Shown in pieces: positions 43,444 to 55,562 of a stretch of 64,000 nucleotides of DNA. The stretch is from Syncephalis fuscata S228 (Eukaryota > Fungi > Zoopagomycota). The notes under the pieces were generated by a model, which saw only the letters and a list, made by a program, of their open reading frames with translations, made no database searches and had not been told where the DNA came from. The DNA is taken from the NCBI GenBank assembly GCA_025786725.1, contig JAHLTZ010000006.1, positions 496,001-560,000 on the forward strand, read 5' to 3'. Each line of letters starts with the position of its first letter. Position 1 is the first letter of the stretch. The position numbers were made by a program, and so were the translations under genes.

Positions 43444-44214
43444 AGAATGGACGAATAAATGGACGGGTTTATTATGTACAGCGTGTTAATGGCTGTGCTC
43501 TATCTACAAAATCTGACTTGCACTTGTGTTTACATCCTTTTATGGCCGCGTGATCATAATCAGCGTAAACACTGCGTTTTTTAAATGAAGTAAATACAAA
43601 TTTACGTATTTTTTGTTAATAGTCCAATAGTTTTAAAAACTAAAAATAGTATTAATTTTTTGTATATTTGTCATTACAGCTCATTACACTTAATATTCTG
43701 AAATTAAATAATACAAGTGATAATTGTATGTAATATAACAATACCAATATTAATACCAATAATGTTGATACTTTAATGACAATTTACATTTTTATTGTTT
43801 ATGTTTTATAATAATCTATATCGTAATTTGATGAACAATAATTAATTATTATCAATTGTTTGACATTTGTTAAAAAGACTGTTAGACAATAATTTCAGAG
43901 TTTAACAATATTATCGAACTTAATTAAACATGAGCCGCAATACATTTCAGATTGTTTATTCGAATTTATTGGCTTAAGCTAAAATTGCAGAATTAATGAT
44001 ACACATATGCTTTTTGTATTTTATCTAGTTGTTTTTTACAAATATTGTAGCTCTAATTTGTAGTTGATAAACTAAAACGTTAATAAACCATTAATTCCAT
44101 GTTACATACAATTGAAGTTCTGGTATTAGATTTGCTTTAATCAAATTAGCATTTAGATTCAAGTTACAAAATGCAGTCAAAACGCAGTATTTTATCAATT
44201 TCTACGCAGATAAA

Positions 44215-44898
44215 TTAAATCTTTAGTGCTCTAAGACCTTCAAGTCCAACCTTTGGTGGAGGTGGAGCTGGAGTAGATGGAGCCTTTGGGGCCGCAGCCG
44301 GAGTAGGTGGAGTGACTGGAGCAGCTGGGGGCGGGGTAGCTGGAGTTTCAGGTGCTGGAGCAGGAGCAGCTTCTGGTGTGGTAGGAGCAGATGATAAGCT
44401 AGCAGGTGGGAATGCAATACCTGCTGGAGGGAAACTAAGACCTGCTGGAGGGAATGCAATACCTGCTGGAGGGAAATTAAGACCTGCAGGTGGGAAGCTC
44501 TTGATAAGTCCCCCTAGACCTTTAATAATTTGGCTTTCCGCAACACCGGCAGGTGGGAAGGTTACGCTTGGTGGAAGAGTTAGTTGCAAAGCCGATGGGG
44601 ATGGAAAGCCAGAAGGCGGGAAGCTCGTCACAATATCAGTAATTGCCTTAACAAATTGACTATCTGTGAAGCTGGCTGGAGGAATAGCAGGAGGGAAGGC
44701 GGGAGGGAAAGCAATTGGAAGACCGGCTGGTGGCAGCTTACTAACAATACTTGCAAAGTCAATGCCCTGTTGAGTGGTAACCTTATCCGATTTACGAGAG
44801 CCATTTTGGACTGCATTAATTTGTTGTGGTGCCGCTGACACAAGTGACGTGAGACAAGCCGACACGGCGACTACCGAAATCAATGCTAGTAGACGCAT
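44215..44898 (-). CDS. Secreted proline-rich protein with FPPA heptad repeats
   Basis: Signal peptide MRLLALISVVAVSACLTSLVSA; GLNFPPA/GIAFPPA/GLSFPPA/GIAFPPA tandem; PAPT-rich tail. Confidence 0.85.
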   Translation of the reverse strand: MRLLALISVVAVSACLTSLVSAAPQQINAVQNGSRKSDKVTTQQGIDFASIVSKLPPAGLPIAFPPAFPPAIPPASFTDSQFVKAITDIVTSFPPSGFPSPSALQLTLPPSVTFPPAGVAESQIIKGLGGLIKSFPPAGLNFPPAGIAFPPAGLSFPPAGIAFPPASLSSAPTTPEAAPAPAPETPATPPPAAPVTPPTPAAAPKAPSTPAPPPPKVGLEGLRALKI

Positions 44899-45569
44899 TT
44901 TAATTTAAAATAAATCGAACAATAAACTATAGAGTAGGCTAACAAGAAAGTTTTGTGCACGGGATTGCAGATTTTTCAATATTCATTTGCTCGTATATAT
45001 ATACATACATACATGTACATAACATAAATAAACATATACATTACTGGAAAAAGGAGTGTTGCTCAATGCCCCGTGCTTTTCAGCAAACTAATAATATTCA
45101 GGTTTAAAGGGGCTGCCCATTAAATAAACAGTATGCGGGATCACTGCAGGGTATAGTCGATTAGTTGTGCTCAGTGTTTAGTGACAAGGAGTCAGGGGCT
45201 TAGAGACGGACTACAATTGGTTCAAGTATAATTAAATAACATTTGTAATCATAACTCATTTGGGAGTGTGATGGTAGGAATGGTAATATTTATGTAGTGC
45301 ATAATTGACGGCGTGTAGCTTAGTGCTCTGATAGCACACTTTTATTATCCAAGCATCATGTGATGCTGTGAAATAGAATCCGGTTCATTATTCATCAATG
45401 AACAGGATTTCAAAGTGCTTTCAATGTAGAGCTGCAGATGTGATACATCATCATTCTTCATCATGCTGTCCCAATGATGGTCACGTTTAATTCGAACGGT
45501 GATGTTCATCTTTCAAGGTCTGCGCAACTGCGTTTGAACATGAATGTGACCTTTTGAAATTACACCAGC

Positions 45570-47139
45570 ATGCTATTCGGCATCATATTTCTTTTCTATC
45601 TGTTCGCTATTTATGTAATGAAGCCTGTTCAAATCTTTTCAGTAATACTGCTTGCAGTATTTCTGCTATTGCAATTGATTACTTTTTATTTGGCGCAGCA
45701 TTACCAACACTTACCTGCGATTCGGCATCGTTCTCTCTCCTTTACCCGTATTCTATTAGTAAGCTACACCCTTTTAGTAACAAACACTTTGTTGGCACTT
45801 GGATTCCCCCAAGTTTATCCGTGCATGTTAAATCCATGGGTAGGGGGCGTTATACTTCCATCATGTTGTATGGTAGTGATTTGTCGATTCTACCGACTAG
45901 CAGCACTTTATCGATGGAATGCTCGAGAGCTACAGAATTACGTAAAACCACGGCCCGTTTCGGCACTACTGGAGAGTATAGAAGATGAAAATTTACCTAA
46001 AGGTCGACTCTTGAAAGTTCAAGGTCAAAATGACTCTGCTACTGCCGTTACAAGGTAATGATATTAATTATAATTCACCCAGAGTTTTTGTTGATTTTAT
46101 TTGTCATCACTAAAATTACAGCCATGACACTATGTCTTCTGCTGGAGCAATCGAACAAAAATTAGGACTCGTAGATCGATTACTTGATGCGTATACTGAC
46201 CGCCGAGCTATCGCATGCACTTTGATGGCAGCAGCTATTCTGATAATACCCAGTTTATTGATTACCATTCTTCGACCATTTCATGATTCACGGCCAATTC
46301 AGAGCTGTGTCATCAACCTCATTGACATGTTACCGATACTCATTTCTACACTGTTGATTGTAGGGATTGGTGGTGGCTCTATTGCATTACGTGTGCTACA
46401 AGCACGTGATGCTTATGGTATTCGAGCTGAGCTAATCGCCTCTGTAGCTATATCCTTGATTTTAATAACCCTATCAACATTATGGGTCGTTTATTCATAT
46501 GCCAGCAACTCAGGAAAACGATTAGCCAAGGATCGTCTAAAATTTTACGACATTTCCGGTTTGCTCAACGGAATTGGCTTTATTGTATGTCAGTTTCTTA
46601 TTGTAAATTATCCAACATTAATGGCTAGCTGGAATGCACGAAATAGCTTGTTTGCACAAAAAGACCTTAATGCCGCAGTTATTCGAATAAGATATACGGC
46701 AACAGGTCACCTATCCTTTGTAAGCGATTTACCAGCTTACTCAAAACAATTTGAAAAGTTACTTGACGATCCCTTAGAGTTAGCGTCATTTCGTAGTTAT
46801 TGTGTTGGCTCGTTTTCCATCCCGGCCTGTATTTTTTATGAAAAATTTAGTACATTACAACGACAATACAATGCGGATGATCCTAATAGCGGCGTGTTAC
46901 CTCATTTACTTCCGCAGTTTGTAGATCAATTGGAGGTTTTATATCGCGACTTTATTGTTACAGGTGCTCCGTTACCACTAACATCTATATTGCACCCAGC
47001 AACACTTAATATGCTGCGCAATGCCTATAATAGGCGCCAGATATGCTACGACTTACTGAATGATGCTGTGATCCAAGTCAAACAGCATCTTTACATCTGG
47101 AGCTATCCTGACTATATAAAAGCTCAAAATAACAAATAG
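45570..47139 (+). CDS. 7TM receptor-like protein with C-terminal RGS domain (GPCR-RGS)
   Basis: Multiple hydrophobic helices, IRHRS and RDAYGIRAEL motifs, RGS-like FEKLLDDPLELASFRSYC...IFYE...FIVTGAPLPL; one intron (46055-46121). Confidence 0.8.
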
Positions 47140-47438
47140 CTTTAATAAATTATGTATTTACTTTTTAAATATTTATTAAATGGCTAATAAGCTTACTAGT
47201 TATTACTGTATTCTTATTTAATGCTCAATGAAATTAAATTATTGCTATTTAAAAAAATAAACGGAAATATTTATTTTATTACATACTAATCTATGCTTTT
47301 TAACTTTGCTCTATCAAGGACCGTTTCTGCTGGCCTCTAGCTTTATGATTATAATTAAATTCGACTAATATTGCTCAGTTTGTTCATTAGAATATCGAAC
47401 TCTATAATCGTTGGAATTTGCAAAAAGAATAAACAATA

Positions 47439-47875
47439 GTATCAAATAAAGTGTGTTTATTATATTGTTACAAAACCAGGTTTATGATTTTGTAATGTTT
47501 GCTTAGCAATCAAAATAGAAGAAGGGGGTAATAGATGTGGTTTAGTCAAATGTTAATTACTTACACTAATAAAAATTATCAATTTAATAGCTTAACAAAT
47601 CTTATTATCAATAAATGGCTTTATTCAGTAATCTAACACAGAGGTCTCGACTTTATTAATATGAAAGTAAGCTATAAGTAATTGGAAGTAGAAAAGTTAT
47701 TTATTTCATGTTTAGCGAGCGTATTAAGTATTTATAGTACTATCGGCGATTAAATGGCGAGTAAATGCAAAGGACCCTGACGAGAAAACCTTAATTAAGA
47801 TACAACAAAGCTTAATTTGAACGTTGTTGAATCGTGACATTTTAAGCAATAACAACATTTAAATAGCATGTTTTA
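47439..47875 (+). repeat. Left arm of about 437-bp near-identical inverted repeat
   Basis: Reverse complement of 54214-54650; by eye, mismatches only near the ends. Confidence 0.92.
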
Positions 47876-48189
47876 CAAAGTTTAATTGAAAATCATTTAA
47901 TTGAAATGCGATATGCTTTTAAATTATAGTATTTGGTCAAATAAATGTGACATTTAAACATTTTGAATGTGTTTTAGCTGTTAAAAATATATAATAATGG
48001 CATCTGCCAAAACAAAAAATAATACACCTTAATAATACAAAGTATTAATATTAATACATTTATTGTTAACTTTAAATAGTAATTGTAACAATGTAAATAT
48101 GCACAAAGTAAGAGGAAAAAACGTTAAATTTTATTTAATAAACCAAAATAATTATATACTTATGTAACTAAACCTTTTTATAACTAAGC

Positions 48190-48478
48190 GTTTGCAATAA
48201 TGATAGGCTGGGTGTCTTCATCAGAAAAATCTTGTGGCGACAGTTGTAACCAGAATATACGGCATGCCGTTGAGGTTACTTGAATAGGTGTTAATGTAAA
48301 TAAGAGAAATAAAGACTAGGGATCAAATAATGTTCTTTATTGATGTTCACATGCTATTTATATCTTTATATTCAACATTATTGTATAATATATTACTGAA
48401 TAGAACAATAAAATAGTTATAAGAAAAATATGGTGAAAGGAGTAAATAAAAATGTGGAGGTTAAAGTACAGTAGCTCC
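48190..48478 (-). mobile_element. Fragment of a Fanzor-derived non-autonomous element (diverged copy of 59351-59640)
   Basis: Direct repeat of 59351-59640; minus strand encodes LQLSPQDFSDEDTQPIIIA, matching the other copy's LQLSPQYLPGETT*PIIIAYGG. Confidence 0.75.
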
Positions 48479-49043
48479 GTTATAACAATAATAGTATCAT
48501 GATACTAACAATGGCAATTTGTATAATATTGCATATATGAGTGGCATATTATTAAAAACACATTCTTATAAGCTATATTTGTACAATTATATATACTAAC
48601 ATCTATAAACGAATTATCCCATGGGCAAGTTAATAAATATAGCAAAAATTTACCAACTAGTTGGATTTATGGTGGGAATCTAGTCAGGCAAAATATTAAA
48701 ATTCCGACAGTATTTATTACAATATATAGTTAAAACCTGGTTTATTAATTTCACCAATCCATTTGATTTATTTTGTTTAAGAAAATAAAATAAAGATAAG
48801 ACAAATATGTAAACTGAATCAGAATAGCAAAAAACAGAATGAAAATAATAGATAAAAATGAAACTTTTTATTAAATTTATGTGTAAAACCTTGTGTTTTG
48901 CATTATGTATGTTTAGCAAATTTCGCGCGGTATAGCAAATATAACGCCGCTTACCCAATGAAATTCAACTTTTAAAAACGATTAACAACGGCACCAATTT
49001 CATCTTTGTTCAAGTTTTTTCAATTTTTCTAATCATTGTTAAT

Positions 49044-52000
49044 ATGACCGATATCGCAACAAATCAGACAGAAATACGTAACTTTGAGCTTGATCCTGAC
49101 GAAATAGTGGCAAATGCCACAGCCAATTCTTTAAAGCAGCATCGTGACTCAGCAGTCTGCGTTAATGAAGCGCGTGCTGCGGCTGATGCCACCGCTAATG
49201 TTGGGACAGCAACTAATGATGCACCAGATAAAGCGAAAGGCACAAAACCCATGAGTACATTGAATGAGACAGCAGAAGAGCATACCGATTATCCCCCGAA
49301 CAAAGGTACGCCTTTCTCTCGCGATGCACTACCGACAACAGTGCCTATTCGTGAACGAACACTCGACAATGCATCAACCATGTCAATTGCATCTCATGGA
49401 TCTGAGTCGTCGCCAGCCATGCCTGTAAATAATGTAGCACTACAACAATCACAATCACAAACACAACCTCAAACACAACAGCCCATAGCTAGTTCAAAAT
49501 CAACAATTAGCGAACGTTCTTCCACTGTTTATATGGAACCAAACGTGCCCAGCACGCAGAAGCTGTTTGGTGATCGACTTCGAACTATTGAACGTACTGT
49601 TAAAACGCTTTGCAGTCAGTACGAAGCTTTAGTTAATGTGGACCAAACCGTTTCGACACAAGACCGTAAAATACGCAAAAAGTCCGTTTCATTTGGCGAA
49701 GACTTTGCGCAGCGAGGTGGTCTTGAAGAGTTGTACAGCAAGGCACGAGAGCCAATCATTAGCCATGAAGGTTACCACGTAGCACGAGCCGCCTATATTA
49801 CCAATCAGGTGCAGCCAGCTTTACGTCAGCTTTTGGGGCAAATTGAGTTGAAGCGTGAAGAATTAAAGCGGTCTCATGATGGTTCGGCCAAATCGGTGAA
49901 CAAGCAGCGCAAAGAAACACGCCGACGAGTTAGTCGATTGAGCTCTATTATGATGCGTACATTAAGCAGAAATTCAGTTACTCCATCACCTAAAGAAGAT
50001 CCTTATGTCGTAAATCAAGGTAAGGAATAATAGAGTATTACAATAATTTTAATCAACATCTGTATGTTTTAGGTGTGCTGCATCAGTTAGATAAGCAATT
50101 AAACACTGAATCACTTTTTCAACAAGTGGCACATGAGCGCGAACAAGGATTGTTTAATTTCGAAGCTACTATTACCGAACGATTGAAGCAAATTATCACT
50201 AGCTTTTTGCAGTGGGATAGCGATCACTGTGCCGAAGTAAGTACACATCTTTCGGATGTACGCCAGCCGATGAGCAACATCAGTGAGCAAGATGATCAAA
50301 CGGCTTTTATTCGAAATCGTCGCGGTAGTCTTTTTGACCCAACAGCGTCGCCAATTATTGGCAGCCAAGTGTACTACAAAAACCGAGACTCTACACACGT
50401 TCAGCCAATTCAACAGGGACCACTTATGTACAGAATGGCCAACGGCAATTGGAATTCTGGTAAATTCGTTATTTCACCAATTGGATATCTCCATTGCTTC
50501 TCTGAATCAAGCTCGAACGAAGACCAAATGAACGAAAACCCGATTTACTCGCTACGTCTTGACCAGTGTGTTGTTGGGCCATATGGAACAGCAATTACTG
50601 ATCCATTTTCCTGGACGGTGACTGAACAAGAGAAAGGCGGTTTATTGCATCGGCGTAGTATAGGCGGTGCCAATAATCGTGTTGTTACTTTCCGCGCTGC
50701 CAACGAACAGACAATGCTTGGTTGGTGGAATAATATGACGCACATATCACACGGCGAGCCTCCTATAACGGTAGCGCCAAATAGTTTCGGTGGTGGCGCT
50801 GCAGAACAGCTACCGGCTAATGCAGCTGCTAATCAGCTACAACCTCTTCCGGTATCGGATTTACGCGAGAATAAGCCGTACGAAGAATCTCCAACACTTC
50901 CTGAAGACTCGCCATTTGTAAATGCTTCTACACAAAATGCCAATGTAAACGATGTTAAAGATGGCTCGACATCAGCTTTAAAATCACCAGCGGTATCAAC
51001 AGGTGTTATAGAAGGTCCAGTTGTACGCTATCCACAACGCACATCACAATCTGCGCACACACCTAATACAAGTGTGCCGTTAGCTGTTGGCGGTCGCTTC
51101 TCACCAAATCCATTTGGTGTATCAAATGATAAGTCAAATGAGGCACAAGCTAAGACAGCGAAACTTTCACCGTCTGGCCGCACGCGACCATTAAGTCAAT
51201 TGGCAGCTATTGATTCTGAATTTCCTGAATACACCAAGGGATTGACCTGTACTCAAAAGCAGCACATAGGAGACATATTAGTTGGCCAAGGCAAAGAAGC
51301 CGCCATGAATGCAGCCCATACTTTGGATGTGAGTGCTATTGCTGCCACTGCCGGAAAAAGACGTCTTGTAAATAATGAACCGACAAAAATTGCAGCTGAC
51401 CATGTAACTATAGAAGCAGAATATCAGGATCTAAAATGGAATGTACTACCTTTCTGTGATGAATTGATTATTCCATATGGTACTCTCGATAATATGCTTT
51501 ATAAGCAAAGTATGAAAAATGTAGCGCTTCTTGGTCATTTGAAAAAGCGTAAACAATCCGAAAAAGCGCTGGCCAAATCCAAACTCGATAATCAATTACC
51601 TCTAAATAAGCAATTATCAACTCAGGAATTACAAGAAGAGCTACCTTTTTATTACATTGACTTGAGCGAAGAGCAGCATTGGGGAACATTTAATTCACTT
51701 AAAAGACATAGAAAGAGAACATACAAACCGGTGTTATTATCTTTTAAACGGCTGCAGCATCAGCTGCCATTTTACAATGTTGATTTGTATAAAGAACATC
51801 CATGGGGTACTTTTGTTTCAACGGGTAAACAAAGCAAGAAATTACATAAAGTAATGCCAGATATGAAGACGCAGGATGCCATTCAACTACATGAGCTGCC
51901 ATTTTACGATGTTGATTTGTATAAAGAACATCCATGGGGTACTTTTGTTTCAACGGGTAAACAAAGCAAGAAATTACATAAAGTAATGCCAGATATGAAG

Positions 52001-54094
52001 ACGCAGGATGCCATTCAACTACATGAGCTGCCATTTTACAATGTTGATTTGTATAAAGAACATCCATGGGGTACTTTTGTTTCAACAGGTAAACGAGACA
52101 GGAAATTACATAAAGTAATGCCAGATATGAAGACGCAGGATGCCATTCAACTACATGAGCTGCCATTTTACAATGTTGATTTGTATAAAGAACATCCATG
52201 GGGTACTTTTGTTTCAACGAGTAAACGAAGCAAGACATTACATAAAGTAATGCCAGATATGAAGACGCAGGATGCCATTCAACTACATGAGCTGCCATTT
52301 TACAATGTTGATTTGTATAAAGAACATCCATGGGGTACTTTTGTTTCAACGAGTAAACGAAGCAAGACATTACATAAATTAATGCCAGATATGAAGACGC
52401 AGGATGCCATTCAACTACATGAGCTGCCATTTTACAATGTTGATTTGTATAAAGAACATCCATGGGGTACTTTTGTTTCAACGGGTAAACGAGACAGGAA
52501 ATTACATAAAGTAATGCCAGATATGAAGACGCAGGATGCCATTCAACTACATGAGCTGCCATTTTACGATGTTGATTTGTATAAAGAACATCCATGGGGT
52601 ACTTTTGTTTCAACGGGTAAACGAAGCAAGAAATTACATAAATTAATGCCAGATATGAAGACGCAGGATGCCATTCAACTACATGAGCTGCCATTTTACG
52701 ATGTTGATTTGTATAAAGAACATCCATGGGGTACTTTTGTTTCAACGGGTAAACGAGACAGGAAATTACATAAAGTAATGCCAGATATGAAGACGCAGGA
52801 TGCCATTCAACTACATGAGCTGCCATTTTACGATGTTGATTTGTATAAAGAACATCCATGGGGTACTTTTGTTTCAACGAGTAAACGAAGCAAGACATTA
52901 CATAAAGTAATGCCAGATATGAAGACGCAGGATGCCATTCAACTACATGAGCTGCCATTTTACGATGTTGATTTGTATAAAGAACATCCATGGGGTACTT
53001 TTGTTTCAACGAGTAAACGAAGCAAGACATTACATAAAGTAATGCCAGATATGAGGAGGCAGGATGCCATTCAACTACATGAGCTGCCATTTTACAATGT
53101 AAATTTAGACAAGGAGCAACCGTGGGGTACATTTTCACATTCTAAAAAGCTATGCAAAATATTAAACGAAGATAAACGACACGACGAGAAAACATATGGA
53201 TTGATAGCAAGAAAAACGCCATTAACAACTGCTCAGTTAAATCGAGAATTGGCATTTTACGGCGTTGACTTGGAGAATGAGCAGCCATGGGGAACGTTTA
53301 TATATCGTATTAGGCCCCGCCATTCTGTTCACAGCCTACGTCGTGCCAGAGCTATGGATAAACACAGCCGACGTAACAGTCTGCCTAAAATCCCATTAGG
53401 TAGTGCTCGATTAGAAAAGGAGCTTGCGTTTCACAACATTCCACCTAATGAAGATATTCCATATGGCACACTAAAGAATTATTTGCATTTATACTTTTCA
53501 GAGCTTGATAAGATGTTTGCACGGGTTGGACGTGAAGCTGCACAGCAGATACATTCAACGGACAACACTGCAAAATCTCTTAGTAAGTAACATATTAACA
53601 ACGATTATTTATTAAAAAATTAATTTTTTAGGCTATCTCCATCCTACCAAATCAATGGAAGACCGTCCAGTATATCATGAACAACTTGGTGGTAAGAAAG
53701 CGCAAAATCGTCTTTCCAACAACTACATGTCTCCTACTGTTTCATCGATAAATAAGACGCGACGATCAACGCCTCCAAACACTTCTAATCAGTCTCCAAC
53801 AACCAATATTCGAAAAAGACAAAGCATTAATGGCGAATCTAGTAGTATTAAGCCTTCATTGCGTAGTACACAAAATCCATGGGGAGATAACTGGCAATCA
53901 CGCCAGCTTACCTCGCAGGCAAGAAACAATAAAAGCGCAAAGCTGATGAACCGTTTTTCAGGATACTCCGAACCAGCCCAAGGTAATGAAATAGCTTTAG
54001 TAGTATAATAGCATTAACAAATGGTTGCATTCTAGAGGGTCCAGAAAAACCGTGGTCTAAGCTATCGCAAGAACGTTCTGGAATGCAGCGCTAA
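49044..54094 (+). CDS. Slm1-like BAR-PH protein with a large internal 44-aa tandem repeat region
   Basis: Helical BAR-like region ending KEDPYVVNQGVLHQL; PH domain (GPLMYR...WNSGKFVISPIGYLHCF...PIYSLRLDQC...TFRAANEQTMLGWW); 4 exons. Confidence 0.75.
51762..53135 (+). repeat. Coding tandem array: 10 near-identical 132-bp (44-aa) units plus a partial 11th
   Basis: Unit HELPFY(D/N)VDLYKEHPWGTFVST(G/S)K(QSK/RDR/RSK)(K/T)LHK(V/L)MPDMKTQDAIQL. Confidence 0.97.
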
Positions 54095-54213
54095 TTTTGT
54101 TTTAGTGTGATTGTGTATTATTGGTGTAAATAGCACTTTAAATCAACAAATTCATCTTTTATTATAATGGCAATGACAATAGTAATAAATTTAAACATTA
54201 CATGAAAATCATA

Positions 54214-54650
54214 TAAAACATGTTATTTAAATGTTGTTATTGCTTAAAATGTCACGATTCAACAACGTTCAAATTAAGCTTTGTTGTATCTTAATTAAGG
54301 TTTTCTCGTCAGGGTCCTTTGCATTTACTCGCCATTTAATCGCCGATAGTACTATAAATACTTAATACGCTCGCTAAACATGAAATAAATAACTTTTCTA
54401 CTTCCAATTACTTATAGCTTACTTTCATATTAATAAAGTCGAGACCTCTGTGTTAGATTACTGAATAAAGCCATTTATTGATAATAAGATTTGTTAAGCT
54501 ATTAAATTGATAATTTTTATTAGTGTAAGTAATTAACATTTGACTAAACCACATCTATTACCCCCTTCTTCTATTTTGATTGCTAAGCAAACATTACAAA
54601 ATCATAAACCTGGTTTTGTAACAATATAATAAACACACTTTATTTGGTAC
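54214..54650 (-). repeat. Right arm of about 437-bp inverted repeat
   Basis: Reverse complement of 47439-47875. Confidence 0.92.
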
Positions 54651-55434
54651 ATAACTTTTTTAATTACTGCTAGAACTTTAAACTATTTTATTTTGATAAC
54701 ACTTAAATAATAATAAAATACTACTAACCTTAAAATTAATATTTTATTGAAAGATAAGCAGCCGTTTGTGCATATTGAAGACGTGTTATACAATATTTTT
54801 TTAAAGCAATGTGACCAAACAGATTTTAGTCTAAATTGCAACAATAAAAAAATTGCTTTCAAAATACGTTCCTTATTTCTTAATTTTGATTGTAACATAA
54901 TAGTAGTATTTGCTTATTGCTAGTCTTTCAACCTTTTTCGTCACAAATGCTATACGACGGTCTAATCGAATACTAAACAACATCAATGTGTGTCATATAG
55001 ATATCAATTAAACACGGCATAAAGATCTGCGTGAAACATGCCGACCTACAACGCACAGCGCATCACATATAAATATGTAACACCGTTTGTTGCGGTACCG
55101 GCGAGTTGAAATAATGGAGCTTGGACTGTCGACGACATACATCGAGAGACTGTCCAGGTGTTATTTATACCAACATTTGGTAACAATAATACACCAGCTT
55201 CATCTTTTGATCCGACCAAAAGGCCCGATACAATGACTGATGCACACTAGTACCGTGTTATAAGCAAAAGTGTAAGCACCATTGACTTCGGTTGTAATCT
55301 AGCCAAGAGTTGGACATGATTAACACCGTGGTCAAATATCCCTCATATACAAACACAATACGTGTATCGACGAATGTAATTGGGGCGGATATACACAGTT
55401 GTATATATTAAACATAAGCATGAACGTTATTAGC

Positions 55435-55562
55435 GACAATTATCGTCGTCCGAACTGAATCAGACAATAAAGATTATCACAATTAAACACATGAATGTTA
55501 TAATAAACATAAATATTATACAGACAATTATCGTCGTCCGAACTGAATCAGACAATAAAGAT
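55435..55562 (+). repeat. Two exact 40-bp direct repeats, 88-bp period
   Basis: GACAATTATCGTCGTCCGAACTGAATCAGACAATAAAGAT at 55435-55474 and 55523-55562. Confidence 0.9.

Noticed and set aside
51744-53138. 464-aa antisense ORF over the 132-bp array
   Set aside because: A by-product of a stop-free unit repeated in frame; it ends at the array edges.
55435-55562. CRISPR-like repeat-spacer-repeat
   Set aside because: Only two repeats, the flanks are also partly duplicated, the context is eukaryotic and there are no cas genes.
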